A DNA stretch of 64,000 bases from NCBI GenBank assembly GCA_050633305.1, contig JBOEGF010000012.1, positions 59,487-123,486 of the forward strand, written 5' to 3'. This stretch comes from Nannocystales bacterium (lineage in GTDB: Bacteria > Myxococcota_A > Polyangia > Nannocystales > Nannocystaceae). A program made the position numbers and the translations under genes. The notes under the pieces are model-generated. The model worked only from the letters and a program-made list of their open reading frames with translations. It was not told where the DNA came from and searched no databases. The stretch's first letter is position 1. Each line of letters begins with the position of its first letter. Below are positions 8,945 through 20,776 of this stretch, one piece after another.

Positions 8945-10336
8945 GTGTCTGAACCGAACGCGACGGCGACACAGACCGCGACCGACACCCAGGGCACCGG
9001 CGACGGAGACGATGCGGACTGGGCACGTCTTCTTGTGGTGTCGCCGCCCGCTCTTCGGCAGGAGATACCGATCCCCCGAGAAGGGACAGCGTGCGGGCGC
9101 AAGTCGTCCCAGGGCGTGTTTGCGGTCCCCCACCAGACGGTGTCGCGGGAGCACCTGCAGCTCCAGCGGGAGGCACCCGCGGTGTATTCGGTGGCCGACC
9201 TCGGGAGCCGCAACGGGACCTGGCAGAACGCAGAACCGGTCGGCAGGCTTCCCCGGGTCCTCACGCACGGCGACGTGCTGCGGTTCGGTGACGTGGTCGC
9301 GGTCTTTGAGTGCGGCACAGGTTCGCTTCGCGAGCCCCCTGAGGTCGACCAGGGCGTGGTCTTGGGGCGCTCGGCGGCCGCGGTTCGGCTGCGCCAGGCA
9401 ATCGCTCGGGCGGCCCAGGACGCTGCGCCTGTGCTTGTGCTCGGGCAGAGTGGGACAGGCAAGGAGGCGGTGGCGGCAGAGCTGCATCGGCTCAGCGGAC
9501 GCAAGGGTCCGTTGGTCGTCGCCAACTGCGCGGCCCTCAGCGCGTCGTTGGTCGACAGTCAGTTGTTCGGCCATGAGCGGGGCGCGTTTACGGGGGCGGT
9601 GCAGTCGCAAGAGGGGTTCTTCCGGGCGGGCCACGGCGGCACGCTCTTCCTCGACGAGTTCGGTGAGCTTCCGCTGGAGGTGCAGCCCAAGCTGCTGCGC
9701 GTCGTGGAGAACGGAGAGGTCATCCCCGTCGGGCGTACGAGCGCCACCGTGGTCGACACGCGGGTTGTCGCGGCCACGCATCGAGACCTCGAGCACGACG
9801 TCGAGACTGGCCGATTCCGGCGGGACCTGTTCGCGAGACTCTCGTTGCTGCGTGTGACCGTGCCGCCGCTGCAGGCTCGCCGGGCGGACATCCTGGCCTG
9901 GTTGGAGCTCTTCGTCTCGCGGTGGCGCAAGCGTCAGACGTTGGACGCCTTGCCACTGGAGGTGACGCCGCGGGCGGTGGAGGCGTTGTTGTTGTCCGCG
10001 TGGCCAGAGAACCTTCGCGGTCTTGACCGGGTCGCTCACCGCCATGGACGCGACGTCGGGCGGGAGAAACTACGGCCGGAGCTTGTGGAGGAGGTGATCG
10101 GTGTGCGGGAGCCGTCGATGCTTGCACCGCCCCCCTGCGAGGGAGGCGGTATCGTTCGTCCGCAAGGGCCTGTGGTGTCCCCGAAGCGTCCCAAACCGGA
10201 TGCCGACGCCCTGCGAGAGGCGCTGGCGGAGTCCGACTGGAACGTGCGCGCGGTCGCTCGCGTCTTTGATCGTGACCGCCGGCAGATCTATCGGTGGATG
10301 GAGGCCTACGGGATCGAGCGGCCTGAAGTCGGCTGA
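8945..10336 (+). CDS. FHA-domain sigma-54-dependent transcriptional activator (FHA-AAA+-HTH)
   Basis: FHA motifs GR..VSREH and DLGSRNGT; GQSGTGKE, FGHERGAFTGA, FLDE, WPENLR; C-terminal HTH; start uncertain. Confidence 0.88.
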   Translation: MSEPNATATQTATDTQGTGDGDDADWARLLVVSPPALRQEIPIPREGTACGRKSSQGVFAVPHQTVSREHLQLQREAPAVYSVADLGSRNGTWQNAEPVGRLPRVLTHGDVLRFGDVVAVFECGTGSLREPPEVDQGVVLGRSAAAVRLRQAIARAAQDAAPVLVLGQSGTGKEAVAAELHRLSGRKGPLVVANCAALSASLVDSQLFGHERGAFTGAVQSQEGFFRAGHGGTLFLDEFGELPLEVQPKLLRVVENGEVIPVGRTSATVVDTRVVAATHRDLEHDVETGRFRRDLFARLSLLRVTVPPLQARRADILAWLELFVSRWRKRQTLDALPLEVTPRAVEALLLSAWPENLRGLDRVAHRHGRDVGREKLRPELVEEVIGVREPSMLAPPPCEGGGIVRPQGPVVSPKRPKPDADALREALAESDWNVRAVARVFDRDRRQIYRWMEAYGIERPEVG

Positions 10337-10445
10337 ACAGCGTCCCCAGGGCTTCGAGCTTCGGCAGACCTCGGTGGACTCGGGGCCCCACGTGAGCGGC
10401 CGCTGCGGCCCGAGATGTCCGCAGAGGCCACCACTCGCTCTGGAT

Positions 10446-12194
10446 TCATCGAATGAAGACCGAGCCCGCCGCCCACGGGAACCATCCCTCGTCCTGGGAG
10501 CCCTCCTCGCCCCAGCCGATGCGGAAGTCCGTCGTCGCAGCGCCGACGGTGTAGCTCGAGCTGTCAGCGGGCCAGGGGACGAGTTCATCGAGGGTGTCCA
10601 CGTCGGTGCCCTCGGCGGCAAAGCTCGTCACTGGACCGGCATCGTCGCCAGAACCGAACGAGATGTCGCCGTGTGTCCCGCCGTGGCAGAGATCCCAAAC
10701 GCTCTGTTCGAACGGACCGATGTCGGCGGTGTTGCCGGGGCCGGAGCCAAATGCCTGGGCCTGGTAGCCGGCGAGGTAGAACTCGGTGAACGTGGGGGCG
10801 AAGCTGAACGTGTAGTGGTACGTGTGCGCGCCGTTGCCGGCATCTTGGGTGAACGGACGGCACTGGGCGTCGATGCCTTCGATCGCGGCCGCTTCAACCG
10901 CGACGAGCGTGCCGCTGAGGGCGCTGGAGATGCATGGTGTGATCTCGGTCCATCCGCCGCCGTCGGTCGTCATGTCACAGTTCGTTTCGAACGCCGCGAT
11001 GCCGCCCGGGCCGTCGGGATCGAGCTGGTAGGGCCCATCTTCTGCGGCGGGGTCGTCCAGCAGAATGTTCAGACAAGAGGTCGGGATCGGTGTGCACACG
11101 TTGTCGATGCAGTTGTCCGCAACGCAGTCGGAGTCGAACTCGCACGTCTCCCCGTCGTCGCAAGCACCGCAGTCGATGCCCCCACAATCGACATCGGTCT
11201 CGTCCCCGTTGAGGACCCCGTCGTCGCAGGTGGGGGCGACGCATGTATCGCCGTCGCAAACCCCCGAGGTGCAGTCGGAGCCGATCCCGCAACCATCGCC
11301 GTCATCGCACGGATCGCAGCTGACGCCCCCACAGTCGACGTCGGTCTCGGTGCCGTTGTGAATGGTGTCGTCGCAAGCGGGTGGGGTGCAGGTGTCGTCC
11401 GTGCAGACGCCGGAGCTGCAGTCGCCGGCACCCGCACAGACCTCTCCGTCGTCACATGGGCCGCAGTCGGGGCCCCCGCAGTCGACGTCGGTCTCCGACC
11501 CGTTGTGCGCCCCGTCCTTGCAGGTCGGCGCCACGCAGACGCCTCCATCGCACAGGCCCGAGACGCAGTCCGAGCCGTCGCCACAGCCTTCACCGTCGTC
11601 GCACGGATCGCAGGTCGTGCCGCCGCAGTCGACGTCGGTCTCGTCCCCATTGTGGACGGCGTCATCGCACACAGGCTCGGTGCAGGAACCGTCGGTGCAG
11701 ACTCCCGAGGTGCAATCGGTGGGCTCGCTGCAGCTGCGGCCGTCATCGCAGGGGGTATCGCAGACACCACCGCAGTCGATGTCGGCTTCCCCATCGTCGA
11801 GGACGCCGTTGGTACAGGTGTCCCCGCTGGTGTCGGTGTCGCTGCTGGTGTCGGTGTCGCTGCTGGGGTCGGTGTCGCTGCTGGAGTCCGTGTCCGGGCT
11901 GGTGTCGGTGTTGCTGCTGGAGTCGGTGTCGGCGGTGGTGTCGGTGCTCGCGTCGGTGTCGGTGCCCGAGTTGGAGTCGGTCTCGCCGGCGGTCTCGGTC
12001 GTGATGGCATCGGTCTCGATCGGGATCTCGGGCCCACCGCTCGAGCTTCCGTCCGCGCTACCGCCTCCGATCGCGGCGCAGTTGCTCGAGTCGTCCTGCA
12101 GAATGCCGTCGTCCTCGCACGTTCCCGCGCATCCCGAGACAAGACTTGCCGCCACGACGGTCGTGCCGAGCCAAAGAACCTTCGCCAATGCCAT
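10446..12194 (-). CDS. Lipoprotein with five Cys-rich ETDVDCGG repeats and a fibrinogen-like (CDMTTDGGGWT) C-terminal domain
   Basis: Lipobox VSGC; DT/DS linker; five ~49-aa repeats; DGPYQLDPDG...CDMTTDGGGWT. Confidence 0.85.
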   Translation of the reverse strand: MALAKVLWLGTTVVAASLVSGCAGTCEDDGILQDDSSNCAAIGGGSADGSSSGGPEIPIETDAITTETAGETDSNSGTDTDASTDTTADTDSSSNTDTSPDTDSSSDTDPSSDTDTSSDTDTSGDTCTNGVLDDGEADIDCGGVCDTPCDDGRSCSEPTDCTSGVCTDGSCTEPVCDDAVHNGDETDVDCGGTTCDPCDDGEGCGDGSDCVSGLCDGGVCVAPTCKDGAHNGSETDVDCGGPDCGPCDDGEVCAGAGDCSSGVCTDDTCTPPACDDTIHNGTETDVDCGGVSCDPCDDGDGCGIGSDCTSGVCDGDTCVAPTCDDGVLNGDETDVDCGGIDCGACDDGETCEFDSDCVADNCIDNVCTPIPTSCLNILLDDPAAEDGPYQLDPDGPGGIAAFETNCDMTTDGGGWTEITPCISSALSGTLVAVEAAAIEGIDAQCRPFTQDAGNGAHTYHYTFSFAPTFTEFYLAGYQAQAFGSGPGNTADIGPFEQSVWDLCHGGTHGDISFGSGDDAGPVTSFAAEGTDVDTLDELVPWPADSSSYTVGAATTDFRIGWGEEGSQDEGWFPWAAGSVFIR

Positions 12195-12206
12195 GCGGCC
12201 TAGGGA

Positions 12207-12222
12207 TTCAAAATGTCTGCCA
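12207..12222 (-). promoter_or_regulatory. Possible sigma-54-like promoter (TGGCAGACATTTTGAA) for the repeat lipoprotein
   Basis: TGGCA at -24 and TTG with correct spacing, but -12 reads GA instead of GC; predicted +1 falls at about the ATG. Confidence 0.3.
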
Positions 12223-12407
12223 AAACAGGACACCCGCACCGCCGCGTACTTGGTTCTGGGCCCGGTCGGGCGCGGGGCAGTCTGCCCCGACAAAAAACGT
12301 CCAAAGTGCCGCGTTGCGGCCGCAGAACGATGATTCTAAGGGGTTGGAGGAGCGTTCCGGCCGACGTCTGAGGTGCGTTTGCAGACTCTGGCGAGCGGCA
12401 CCGCGCG

Positions 12408-13514
12408 TCAACCCGGTCGGCTCGTCTTGCCGGGCTCGTCCACCACGACGGGCTCGGGGAACACCCGCGCGGTCCGGAACGCCTGGACCTCGCTGCCCGG
12501 TGCAGCCGCGGACGTCTCGGACTCGTAGGCCTCAAACACCACGGCGTCGAACCGCTTGGCGATCTCCGGATGCTGCATCGCAAGGTGGGCGAGCAGGGCG
12601 TCGGCCTCTACGTCGAGTGCGTCTTGGATGAGCCCGGTCGGCGTCACGTAGCGGATGACGGCGGAGAGGTCGCTTTGCGTTGCGGTGACGGAGAACCCCT
12701 GCACGTCGTAGCGGCGGCCCCCGACTTCCCAGACGCCCAGCTGTTGCTGGAACTCCTTGCTGTTGGTCACCGCGTCGAGCTTGTCGGCGATGGAGAGTGC
12801 GCGGTCGAGCTTCACCGAGCCGCCGCGGTTGGCCAGGTGGTCGGCGAGTGCGAGCACGAGGTAGGCCTCCACGACGCGGCGTTGTTTGACGTACGCGTCG
12901 GCGAGGCGCTCGTAGTCATCGGCGGTGCGGGCTCGGTATGCGGCCAGCCCGACGTGGATGCCCAACACCCGCCAAGCATCCGCGTGCCGACGCAGCTGGA
13001 CGGTTGTGGCGAAGCCGAACGGATCGCCCCCGGTCACGAGGTTCACCACGGCGACGTCTTCGTCGCCTGCGTTGGTGATGAGCGTGAGGCCGGAGGGATC
13101 TCCCTGCGCACCACACCGGACCCGGGCCAGTGCCGATGCTCCGCCTCGAATGTCGACGGCGTACGCGTTCGTCAGCGCGGCCGTCTCCGCCCCGCTCTCC
13201 AGCCGGCGTTGCATGGAGGCGAGCGCTTGGGTGAAGGCCTCGCGTTGGTCCTCCCGGCGTGCCTGCGGGTGCAGGGAACTCCATAGGGTGTCGAGGTCGC
13301 CACCGCGCAGCTGCGCGAAGGCGGTCCGGGCCGTTTCGTGAATCGCTTCGCGTTCGGCTTCGGGGAGGGCGGCCGTGCTTTGACACGTTGCCCCGACCTT
13401 CGCGGTGGTGCCAGGTTTGGCCGCGTCCTGGGCCGGGTCGGCAGGAGCCTGCTCGTCTCCGCTACAGGCGGGCAGGAGGAGCGCGATGGCGAGGGCCGTG
13501 GCTGCGCGACGCAT
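12408..13514 (-). CDS. Hypothetical lipoprotein
   Basis: Signal MRRAATALAIALLLPAC; 368-aa ORF with GC-rich codon usage. Confidence 0.7.
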   Translation of the reverse strand: MRRAATALAIALLLPACSGDEQAPADPAQDAAKPGTTAKVGATCQSTAALPEAEREAIHETARTAFAQLRGGDLDTLWSSLHPQARREDQREAFTQALASMQRRLESGAETAALTNAYAVDIRGGASALARVRCGAQGDPSGLTLITNAGDEDVAVVNLVTGGDPFGFATTVQLRRHADAWRVLGIHVGLAAYRARTADDYERLADAYVKQRRVVEAYLVLALADHLANRGGSVKLDRALSIADKLDAVTNSKEFQQQLGVWEVGGRRYDVQGFSVTATQSDLSAVIRYVTPTGLIQDALDVEADALLAHLAMQHPEIAKRFDAVVFEAYESETSAAAPGSEVQAFRTARVFPEPVVVDEPGKTSRPG

Positions 13515-13717
13515 CGGCGGGTTCTAGCAACCCCGCGTGGCGGATGCGACCGCAGCCGTCCCAGGTTGGAGGTTGCGCTTGGTCCGCCGGGTCCTGCCCG
13601 AGACCCGCGCGTGATGGGCGCTTGACAGAATGTCAGGCCAAGGCGGACGCGGTGACAAAGCGGCGTGCTGGGCTGTTTCAGACGTGCTCAACTATCTGGA
13701 ATCACCGAGCAAAGTCG

Positions 13718-13733
13718 CGGCTCGAATGTTGCT
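13718..13733 (+). promoter_or_regulatory. Sigma-54 (-24/-12) promoter candidate CGGCTCGAATGTTGCT
   Basis: GG at 13719-20 and TTGC with GC at 13731-32, exact 10-nt spacing; GGAG SD at about 13755 and ATG at 13765 follow. Confidence 0.6.
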
Positions 13734-13764
13734 CATGTCCAAGTGCGCCCGACCGGAGTCTCCC

Positions 13765-15282
13765 ATGTCCACTCGCTTGCCGCCCGATCCTACCGTCCTT
13801 GTCGTCGATGACGAAGCCAGCATCCTCGAGGCTCTCGCCAAGGTCCTCACCAAAGAGGGCTTGCATGTCGTGACGGCAAAGAACGGACGCGAGGCTCTCG
13901 ACGTCGTTCGCGCCCGGCCCATCCACGTGATGATCACGGATTTGCGGATGCCGACCATGGGCGGTGACGACCTCCTCAAGGCGGTCAAAGCGGTCACCCC
14001 GGAGGTCGAGGTCATCCTGATGACCGCCTACGGGACCGTCGAGGTGGCCGTCGAGGCGATGAAACACGGCGCGTACGACTTCATCTCAAAGCCGCTCAAG
14101 CGGGCCACGGTGGTCGCTACGGTGCGCAAGGCCTTCGACAAGGTGGGCCTGATGGCGGAAAACCGTGAGCTGCGGGCACAGCTCGAGGACAAGCGCAGCC
14201 GGGAGATCGTCGGCCACTCCCAGGTCTTGCGGGCCACCTTGGAGATGGCGGAACAGGCCGCAAACTCGTCTGCGACGGTTCTCCTGCTGGGTGAGAGCGG
14301 TACGGGGAAAGAGCTGCTGGCGCGCCACATCCACAACCACAGCCCCCGGGTGAACAACACCTTCGTGCCCGTCAACTGTGCGGCGCTCCCCGAGACGATC
14401 CTCGAATCCGAGCTGTTCGGGCACGAAAAGGGCGCCTTCACCGGGGCTGTGCGCAACCGCGACGGTCGTTTCAAAGAAGCCTCCAACGGCACGCTGTTCC
14501 TCGACGAGATCGCCGAGATTACGCCCTCGGTGCAGGTCAAGCTGCTGCGCGCTCTGCAAGAGGGGGAGATCGAGCCCGTGGGCGGTCAGCGGACGAAAGT
14601 CGACTTCCGGCTGGTGTGCGCAACCAACCGAGACCTCGGCGAGGAAGTGAAGCGTGGCAGCTTCCGCGAGGATCTCTTCTATCGTATCAACGTCATCCCG
14701 ATTCGCATCCCGCCCCTGCGCGACCGCGCCGAAGACACTCCTCTGCTCGCCGATCACTTCCTGCGGATGTACGCCGCCAAGCACCAAAAAACCGTCTACG
14801 GATTTGCCGACGACGCCCTGCATGCGATGGGCAACTACGGCTGGCCCGGGAACGTCCGCGAGCTGGAGAATGCAGTCGAGCGTGCGGTGGTGTTGTGTCG
14901 GGGTGAAGCGGTGCAGCTCACCGATCTTCCCCCCGAGCTGCGGGACCCCGGTGCGGGCCAGGGCCGACAGATCACGTTCTCGGTCGGGAGTCCGATCGCC
15001 GAGATCGAGCGTCGCATGATCAGCGAAACGCTCAAGTTCACACGTGGTGACAAGCGGCTTGCCGCTGACCTTCTGGGCATCGCGACGCGCACCATCTATC
15101 GCAAGCTGGAGTCCGGCTTCGTGGCGGATCCACACCGCGGCTCCGAGTCGACCGCGGCCGCGCCCACGGATGCGGCATCGCAGACCGACGCGGTCTCTGC
15201 TTCGGAACCTGCTCCGACCTCGGGCATCGCTTCGGGCACCACTTCGGATACCCCTTCGGACACTGATGGAGTGCTTCACTAG
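13765..15282 (+). CDS. NtrC-family sigma-54 response regulator (REC-AAA+-HTH)
   Basis: VLVVDDE, TDLRMP, MTAYG, KP; GESGTGKE, ESELFGHEKGAFTGA, WPGNVRELEN; LLGIATRTIYRK. Confidence 0.95.
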   Translation: MSTRLPPDPTVLVVDDEASILEALAKVLTKEGLHVVTAKNGREALDVVRARPIHVMITDLRMPTMGGDDLLKAVKAVTPEVEVILMTAYGTVEVAVEAMKHGAYDFISKPLKRATVVATVRKAFDKVGLMAENRELRAQLEDKRSREIVGHSQVLRATLEMAEQAANSSATVLLLGESGTGKELLARHIHNHSPRVNNTFVPVNCAALPETILESELFGHEKGAFTGAVRNRDGRFKEASNGTLFLDEIAEITPSVQVKLLRALQEGEIEPVGGQRTKVDFRLVCATNRDLGEEVKRGSFREDLFYRINVIPIRIPPLRDRAEDTPLLADHFLRMYAAKHQKTVYGFADDALHAMGNYGWPGNVRELENAVERAVVLCRGEAVQLTDLPPELRDPGAGQGRQITFSVGSPIAEIERRMISETLKFTRGDKRLAADLLGIATRTIYRKLESGFVADPHRGSESTAAAPTDAASQTDAVSASEPAPTSGIASGTTSDTPSDTDGVLH

Positions 15283-15354
15283 AGTCGGCCGCCGTGCGGA
15301 CTGAAGCCCCTGTGAACCCGTCACCAAGCGTCTCAACCAACCGTCACAACCAAC

Positions 15355-16386
15355 ATGGAAGCCTTGTTCAAGAAGTACTTCTGGGTGGTCCAAGGGATCG
15401 GCTTGGCCGTGATCGCGGGCTTGGCCGCCAGCGCCGTGGTGACCCAGTTGGGCACGATGCTCGCGCTGGACACCAACGTCTCCGGGTCCGACGAGGACGG
15501 GGACACGGACGGCGAGGACGAGGATGAGGAGGACACCCCGAAGAAGAAGCGCCGTCCGTCTTCTTCGAGCAGCTTCAACCAGGCGTCCACGCTGGCCTCA
15601 GCCAAGCGTAAGACGTCCGAAGATGTGCAGAAGCACAACATTTTCTGCCCCTCGTGTGTGCCGGTGGTGGAGACGCCGGTCGCCGAGGCTCCGGTCGAGC
15701 TGGGTGGGCGCCCCGACGGCATTCAGCCCGGTGAGGTGAAATCCAGCCTCGCGCTTCAGTTGCTGGCGACGATGGAGTCCACCGAGCCCGACCTCTCGCT
15801 GGCGACCATCTACGACGCGGACGTCCAGATCACGGGGGCGTACCGACGTGGCAACGCGATTCGCAGCGGCGTGGTGGTCGTCGGCGTGGATACCGGCCTG
15901 GTTCACCTGCGCAACGGCGCGCAGCTGGAGTACCTCACCGTCGACGACGAAGCACCGGTTGCCGCCCGGCCCAGCTCGGTCCCCAAGACCGACGACAAGG
16001 CGAAGCCGAAGAAGAAGAGCAAGTACGCCATCGAGGGTGCTGAGGACGCGATCAACTGTCCCGACGAGAACACATGCGTGGTAGAGCGCGCGTTCGTCGA
16101 GCAGCTGATGTCCAACCCCGCCATGTTGGCCAAGCAGGCCCGGATCGTCCCGTCGCAGCGCGACGGCGAGACCCAGGGCTTCAAGTTTTACGGAATTCGC
16201 CGCGGCAGTCTGCCCAAACTGCTCGGCCTGAAGAACGGCGACATGCTGACTGAAGTCAACGGCGAAGAGATTCGTTCTGTCGACAAAGCCATGTCGTTGG
16301 CGATGAAGCTACGCCGCGCGAGCAACCTCTCCGTCACGCTCGTGCGCAAGGGCAAGCCGGTTACCAAGGAGATCCAGATTCAATGA
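15355..16386 (+). CDS. gspC: Type II secretion protein GspC
   Basis: N-terminal TM, HR-like region, C-terminal PDZ (QARIVP...GFKFYGIR...LGLKNGD); first gene of the gsp cluster. Confidence 0.85.
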   Translation: MEALFKKYFWVVQGIGLAVIAGLAASAVVTQLGTMLALDTNVSGSDEDGDTDGEDEDEEDTPKKKRRPSSSSSFNQASTLASAKRKTSEDVQKHNIFCPSCVPVVETPVAEAPVELGGRPDGIQPGEVKSSLALQLLATMESTEPDLSLATIYDADVQITGAYRRGNAIRSGVVVVGVDTGLVHLRNGAQLEYLTVDDEAPVAARPSSVPKTDDKAKPKKKSKYAIEGAEDAINCPDENTCVVERAFVEQLMSNPAMLAKQARIVPSQRDGETQGFKFYGIRRGSLPKLLGLKNGDMLTEVNGEEIRSVDKAMSLAMKLRRASNLSVTLVRKGKPVTKEIQIQ

Positions 16387-18875
16387 TGACGCGACGCTCG
16401 TTTCCGGTTTCGCTTGGGGTTGCCACTGCGCTGGCGCTGGGCATGCCTGTCATGCCCACGGCTTCCGCGGCGCCCCCTGCCGTACGCCCAACGACCACGC
16501 CTGCCACCCGCGGCACGGTTTCCCCAGTTCGTCCTTCGTCGGCGGCTCCTCCACCCGGAACCGCTGCGCTGGGGAGTCCGGCGACGGCGACCGCAGGTGC
16601 TGAGCTCACTGGCGATGAGGGCGGTGCGCTTGGCCGCAACTCATGCCGCAAGCAGCCTCGCGGTGCGAAGTTCCGCATCACGCTTCCCGAGGAGGCTGAG
16701 CTCAAAGACCTCGTCAACTGGATGATGTCGATCAGCTGCCAGAAGTTCATCTGGGACCCCAAGGTCCGCGGTGGCAAGGTCACGATCCTCTCGCCGGAGC
16801 CGGTCACGGTGGACGAGGCGTACGCCGCGTTCTACGCCGCGTTGCAGACGATGGGACTGACGGTCGAGCCCTCGGGCAAGTACTTCAAGATCGTCGAGAG
16901 CACGGGGGCCGAGTCGCGAACGCTTCCGGTATACGGACCCAGCGGGCGCGCACCCGCCAACGACCGATTCGTCACGCAACTGATCCGTCCCAAGAGCGGG
17001 AACACGGCCGACATCGTCGGGGTGCTCAACAAGCTCAAGTCCAAGCAGGGCGCGGTCGAGACCTCGGGCGACCTGATCATCCTGACCGACACCGGCACGT
17101 CGGTCCGTCGGTTGATGAAGATCATCAACGAGATCGACGACCCGAAGATGCAGGACGCGGAGAAGATCTTCTTCTTCCAGCTGCAGGCTGCCGATCCCGA
17201 GGAGACCGCCGAGACGATCCGCGAAATCTTCGGCGAAAAGGACGCCAAAAAGGGCGCGAAAGCGGGGGGCGGCGACAGCACCTCCGCCGGGTTCTCGCGC
17301 GTCGTCGTGGACGAGCGCACAGGCACGCTGGTCGTCGTCGCGCCCGAGGACGACTACCAGGTCATTCGCCGGCTCATCGAGCGTCTCGACGTCCCGTTGG
17401 CGGGTGGTGGGGGCCGAATTCATGTCTACAAGCTCAAGAATGCCGACCCGGAAGAGGTCGCGAACGTGCTCACGCAGTTGGGCACCGGGGCCAAGGCGAA
17501 CAGCGGCAATGGCAACAATCGCCGCGGCAACAATCGTAACAACGGAGGCAACGCGCCCGGAGCGGGCGGCGCAGCAGCAGCGGAGTTGTTCTCGGGAGAG
17601 ATCAAGGTCACGGCCGACCCCGCGACGCGCTCGCTGGTCATCCTCGCGTCCACCTCGGACTTCAAGGCGCTGCTCAGCGTCATCGAGGAGTTGGACCGTC
17701 CCCGCAAACAGGTCTACATCGAGGTGTACCTGCTGGAGCTGACGACCGGAAACCTCCTCTCCGGCGGTGCGGGGGCCCACTTCGGCAGCGGCTTCGATAC
17801 CTCTGGCGGTCAGGGCTTGGGCTTCGTGTCCAGTGCGCCCACCCCCGATCAGAGCACGGTTGTCCTCAGCCCAAGCGTGCTCTCCGGGCTCGCCGCGGGC
17901 GTGATCGGGCCCCAGGTTCCGAACAGCTCCGCGCTGCTGGGTACGTCCGCCGACATCCCGGCGTTTGGCGTCGTGATTCAGGCGCTGCATGAGCTTACCG
18001 ATGTCAACTTCGTCGCCGAGCCGCACCTGTATACGGCCGACAACCACGAGGCGTCGATCGAGGTCGGTCGTAACGTCCCAACACCGGGGGCGCTCTCCTT
18101 TGGCGGCGGTGCGCAGGGTGGAGGTGGTCTAGTTCCGCTTCAGTCGGTGCAGCGGCAGGACGTGACACTCAACGTCAAGGTCACGCCCCACATCAACGAT
18201 GGCGACCAGCTGACGCTGGACATCGAGATGGAGAACAACGACATCGAGAGCATCAGCGAGACGCTCGGTGTCACCACCACCAAGCGTCGGCTCAAGCTCG
18301 AGCAGGTCGTTGCGTTGGACGACCAACCCGTGGTTCTCGGTGGGCTCATGCAGGAGATCGAGAGGGTGAGCACCTCGCAGGTGCCCGGACTCGGTCAGAT
18401 CCCGCTGCTGGGCTGGTTGTTCAAGTCCAAGCGGCGGGAGAAGACCAAGGTCAACCTGATGATGATCCTGGTGCCGCACATTCTGGAGACGCCGGACGAT
18501 GTCCGACGTATCCACGAACGACGGATGAAGGAGCGGCTCGAGTTCCTGGAGCGCAACACCGCTTTCAAACGGCGCGATCTCGACATCAACATCAACTATC
18601 GCAAGAAGTCGGGCTTGCTCTCGGCGGTCAACGCCGAGGCGATTCGGATGTCCGAAGAGGACCTGTTCCGCCAGCGGGCTGAGCTCGAACTCCAGCAGAC
18701 CGAGATCACCGGGGAGTTGGGTCTCTCGCCGAGCTTTGCTGAGGACGCGCCGGAGCCCAGTTCCTCGTCCGTGTCTCCGTCCACGATCAACCCGAGCTCC
18801 AGCACGAGCACCGGCGGCAAGAAGACGAAGAAGGGCAAAAAGGGCAAGCGGCGGAAGAACCGTAACCCGCAGTAG
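16383..18875 (+). CDS. gspD: Type II secretion secretin GspD
   Basis: N0/N domains (GKVTILSP, YKLKNADPEEVA), QVYIEV, VTPHIN, VPGLGQIPLLGWLFKS. Confidence 0.95.
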   Translation: MMTRRSFPVSLGVATALALGMPVMPTASAAPPAVRPTTTPATRGTVSPVRPSSAAPPPGTAALGSPATATAGAELTGDEGGALGRNSCRKQPRGAKFRITLPEEAELKDLVNWMMSISCQKFIWDPKVRGGKVTILSPEPVTVDEAYAAFYAALQTMGLTVEPSGKYFKIVESTGAESRTLPVYGPSGRAPANDRFVTQLIRPKSGNTADIVGVLNKLKSKQGAVETSGDLIILTDTGTSVRRLMKIINEIDDPKMQDAEKIFFFQLQAADPEETAETIREIFGEKDAKKGAKAGGGDSTSAGFSRVVVDERTGTLVVVAPEDDYQVIRRLIERLDVPLAGGGGRIHVYKLKNADPEEVANVLTQLGTGAKANSGNGNNRRGNNRNNGGNAPGAGGAAAAELFSGEIKVTADPATRSLVILASTSDFKALLSVIEELDRPRKQVYIEVYLLELTTGNLLSGGAGAHFGSGFDTSGGQGLGFVSSAPTPDQSTVVLSPSVLSGLAAGVIGPQVPNSSALLGTSADIPAFGVVIQALHELTDVNFVAEPHLYTADNHEASIEVGRNVPTPGALSFGGGAQGGGGLVPLQSVQRQDVTLNVKVTPHINDGDQLTLDIEMENNDIESISETLGVTTTKRRLKLEQVVALDDQPVVLGGLMQEIERVSTSQVPGLGQIPLLGWLFKSKRREKTKVNLMMILVPHILETPDDVRRIHERRMKERLEFLERNTAFKRRDLDININYRKKSGLLSAVNAEAIRMSEEDLFRQRAELELQQTEITGELGLSPSFAEDAPEPSSSSVSPSTINPSSSTSTGGKKTKKGKKGKRRKNRNPQ

Positions 18876-18907
18876 CTCGCCGCAGCCGTACTCGCACGAG
18901 GATTTCG

Positions 18908-20773
<1,866 letters not shown>

Positions 20774-20776
20774 TCC

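Noticed and set aside
10101..12203. Long antisense ORFs (also 32516-34603, 34485-37001, 42530-45268)
   Set aside because: These are typical high-GC shadow frames opposite genes with clear motifs, and they show no recognisable domains.
12265..12297. Intrinsic terminator for the 12408-13514 gene
   Set aside because: On the minus strand the T-run precedes the hairpin instead of following it; kept only as a possible protein-binding palindrome.
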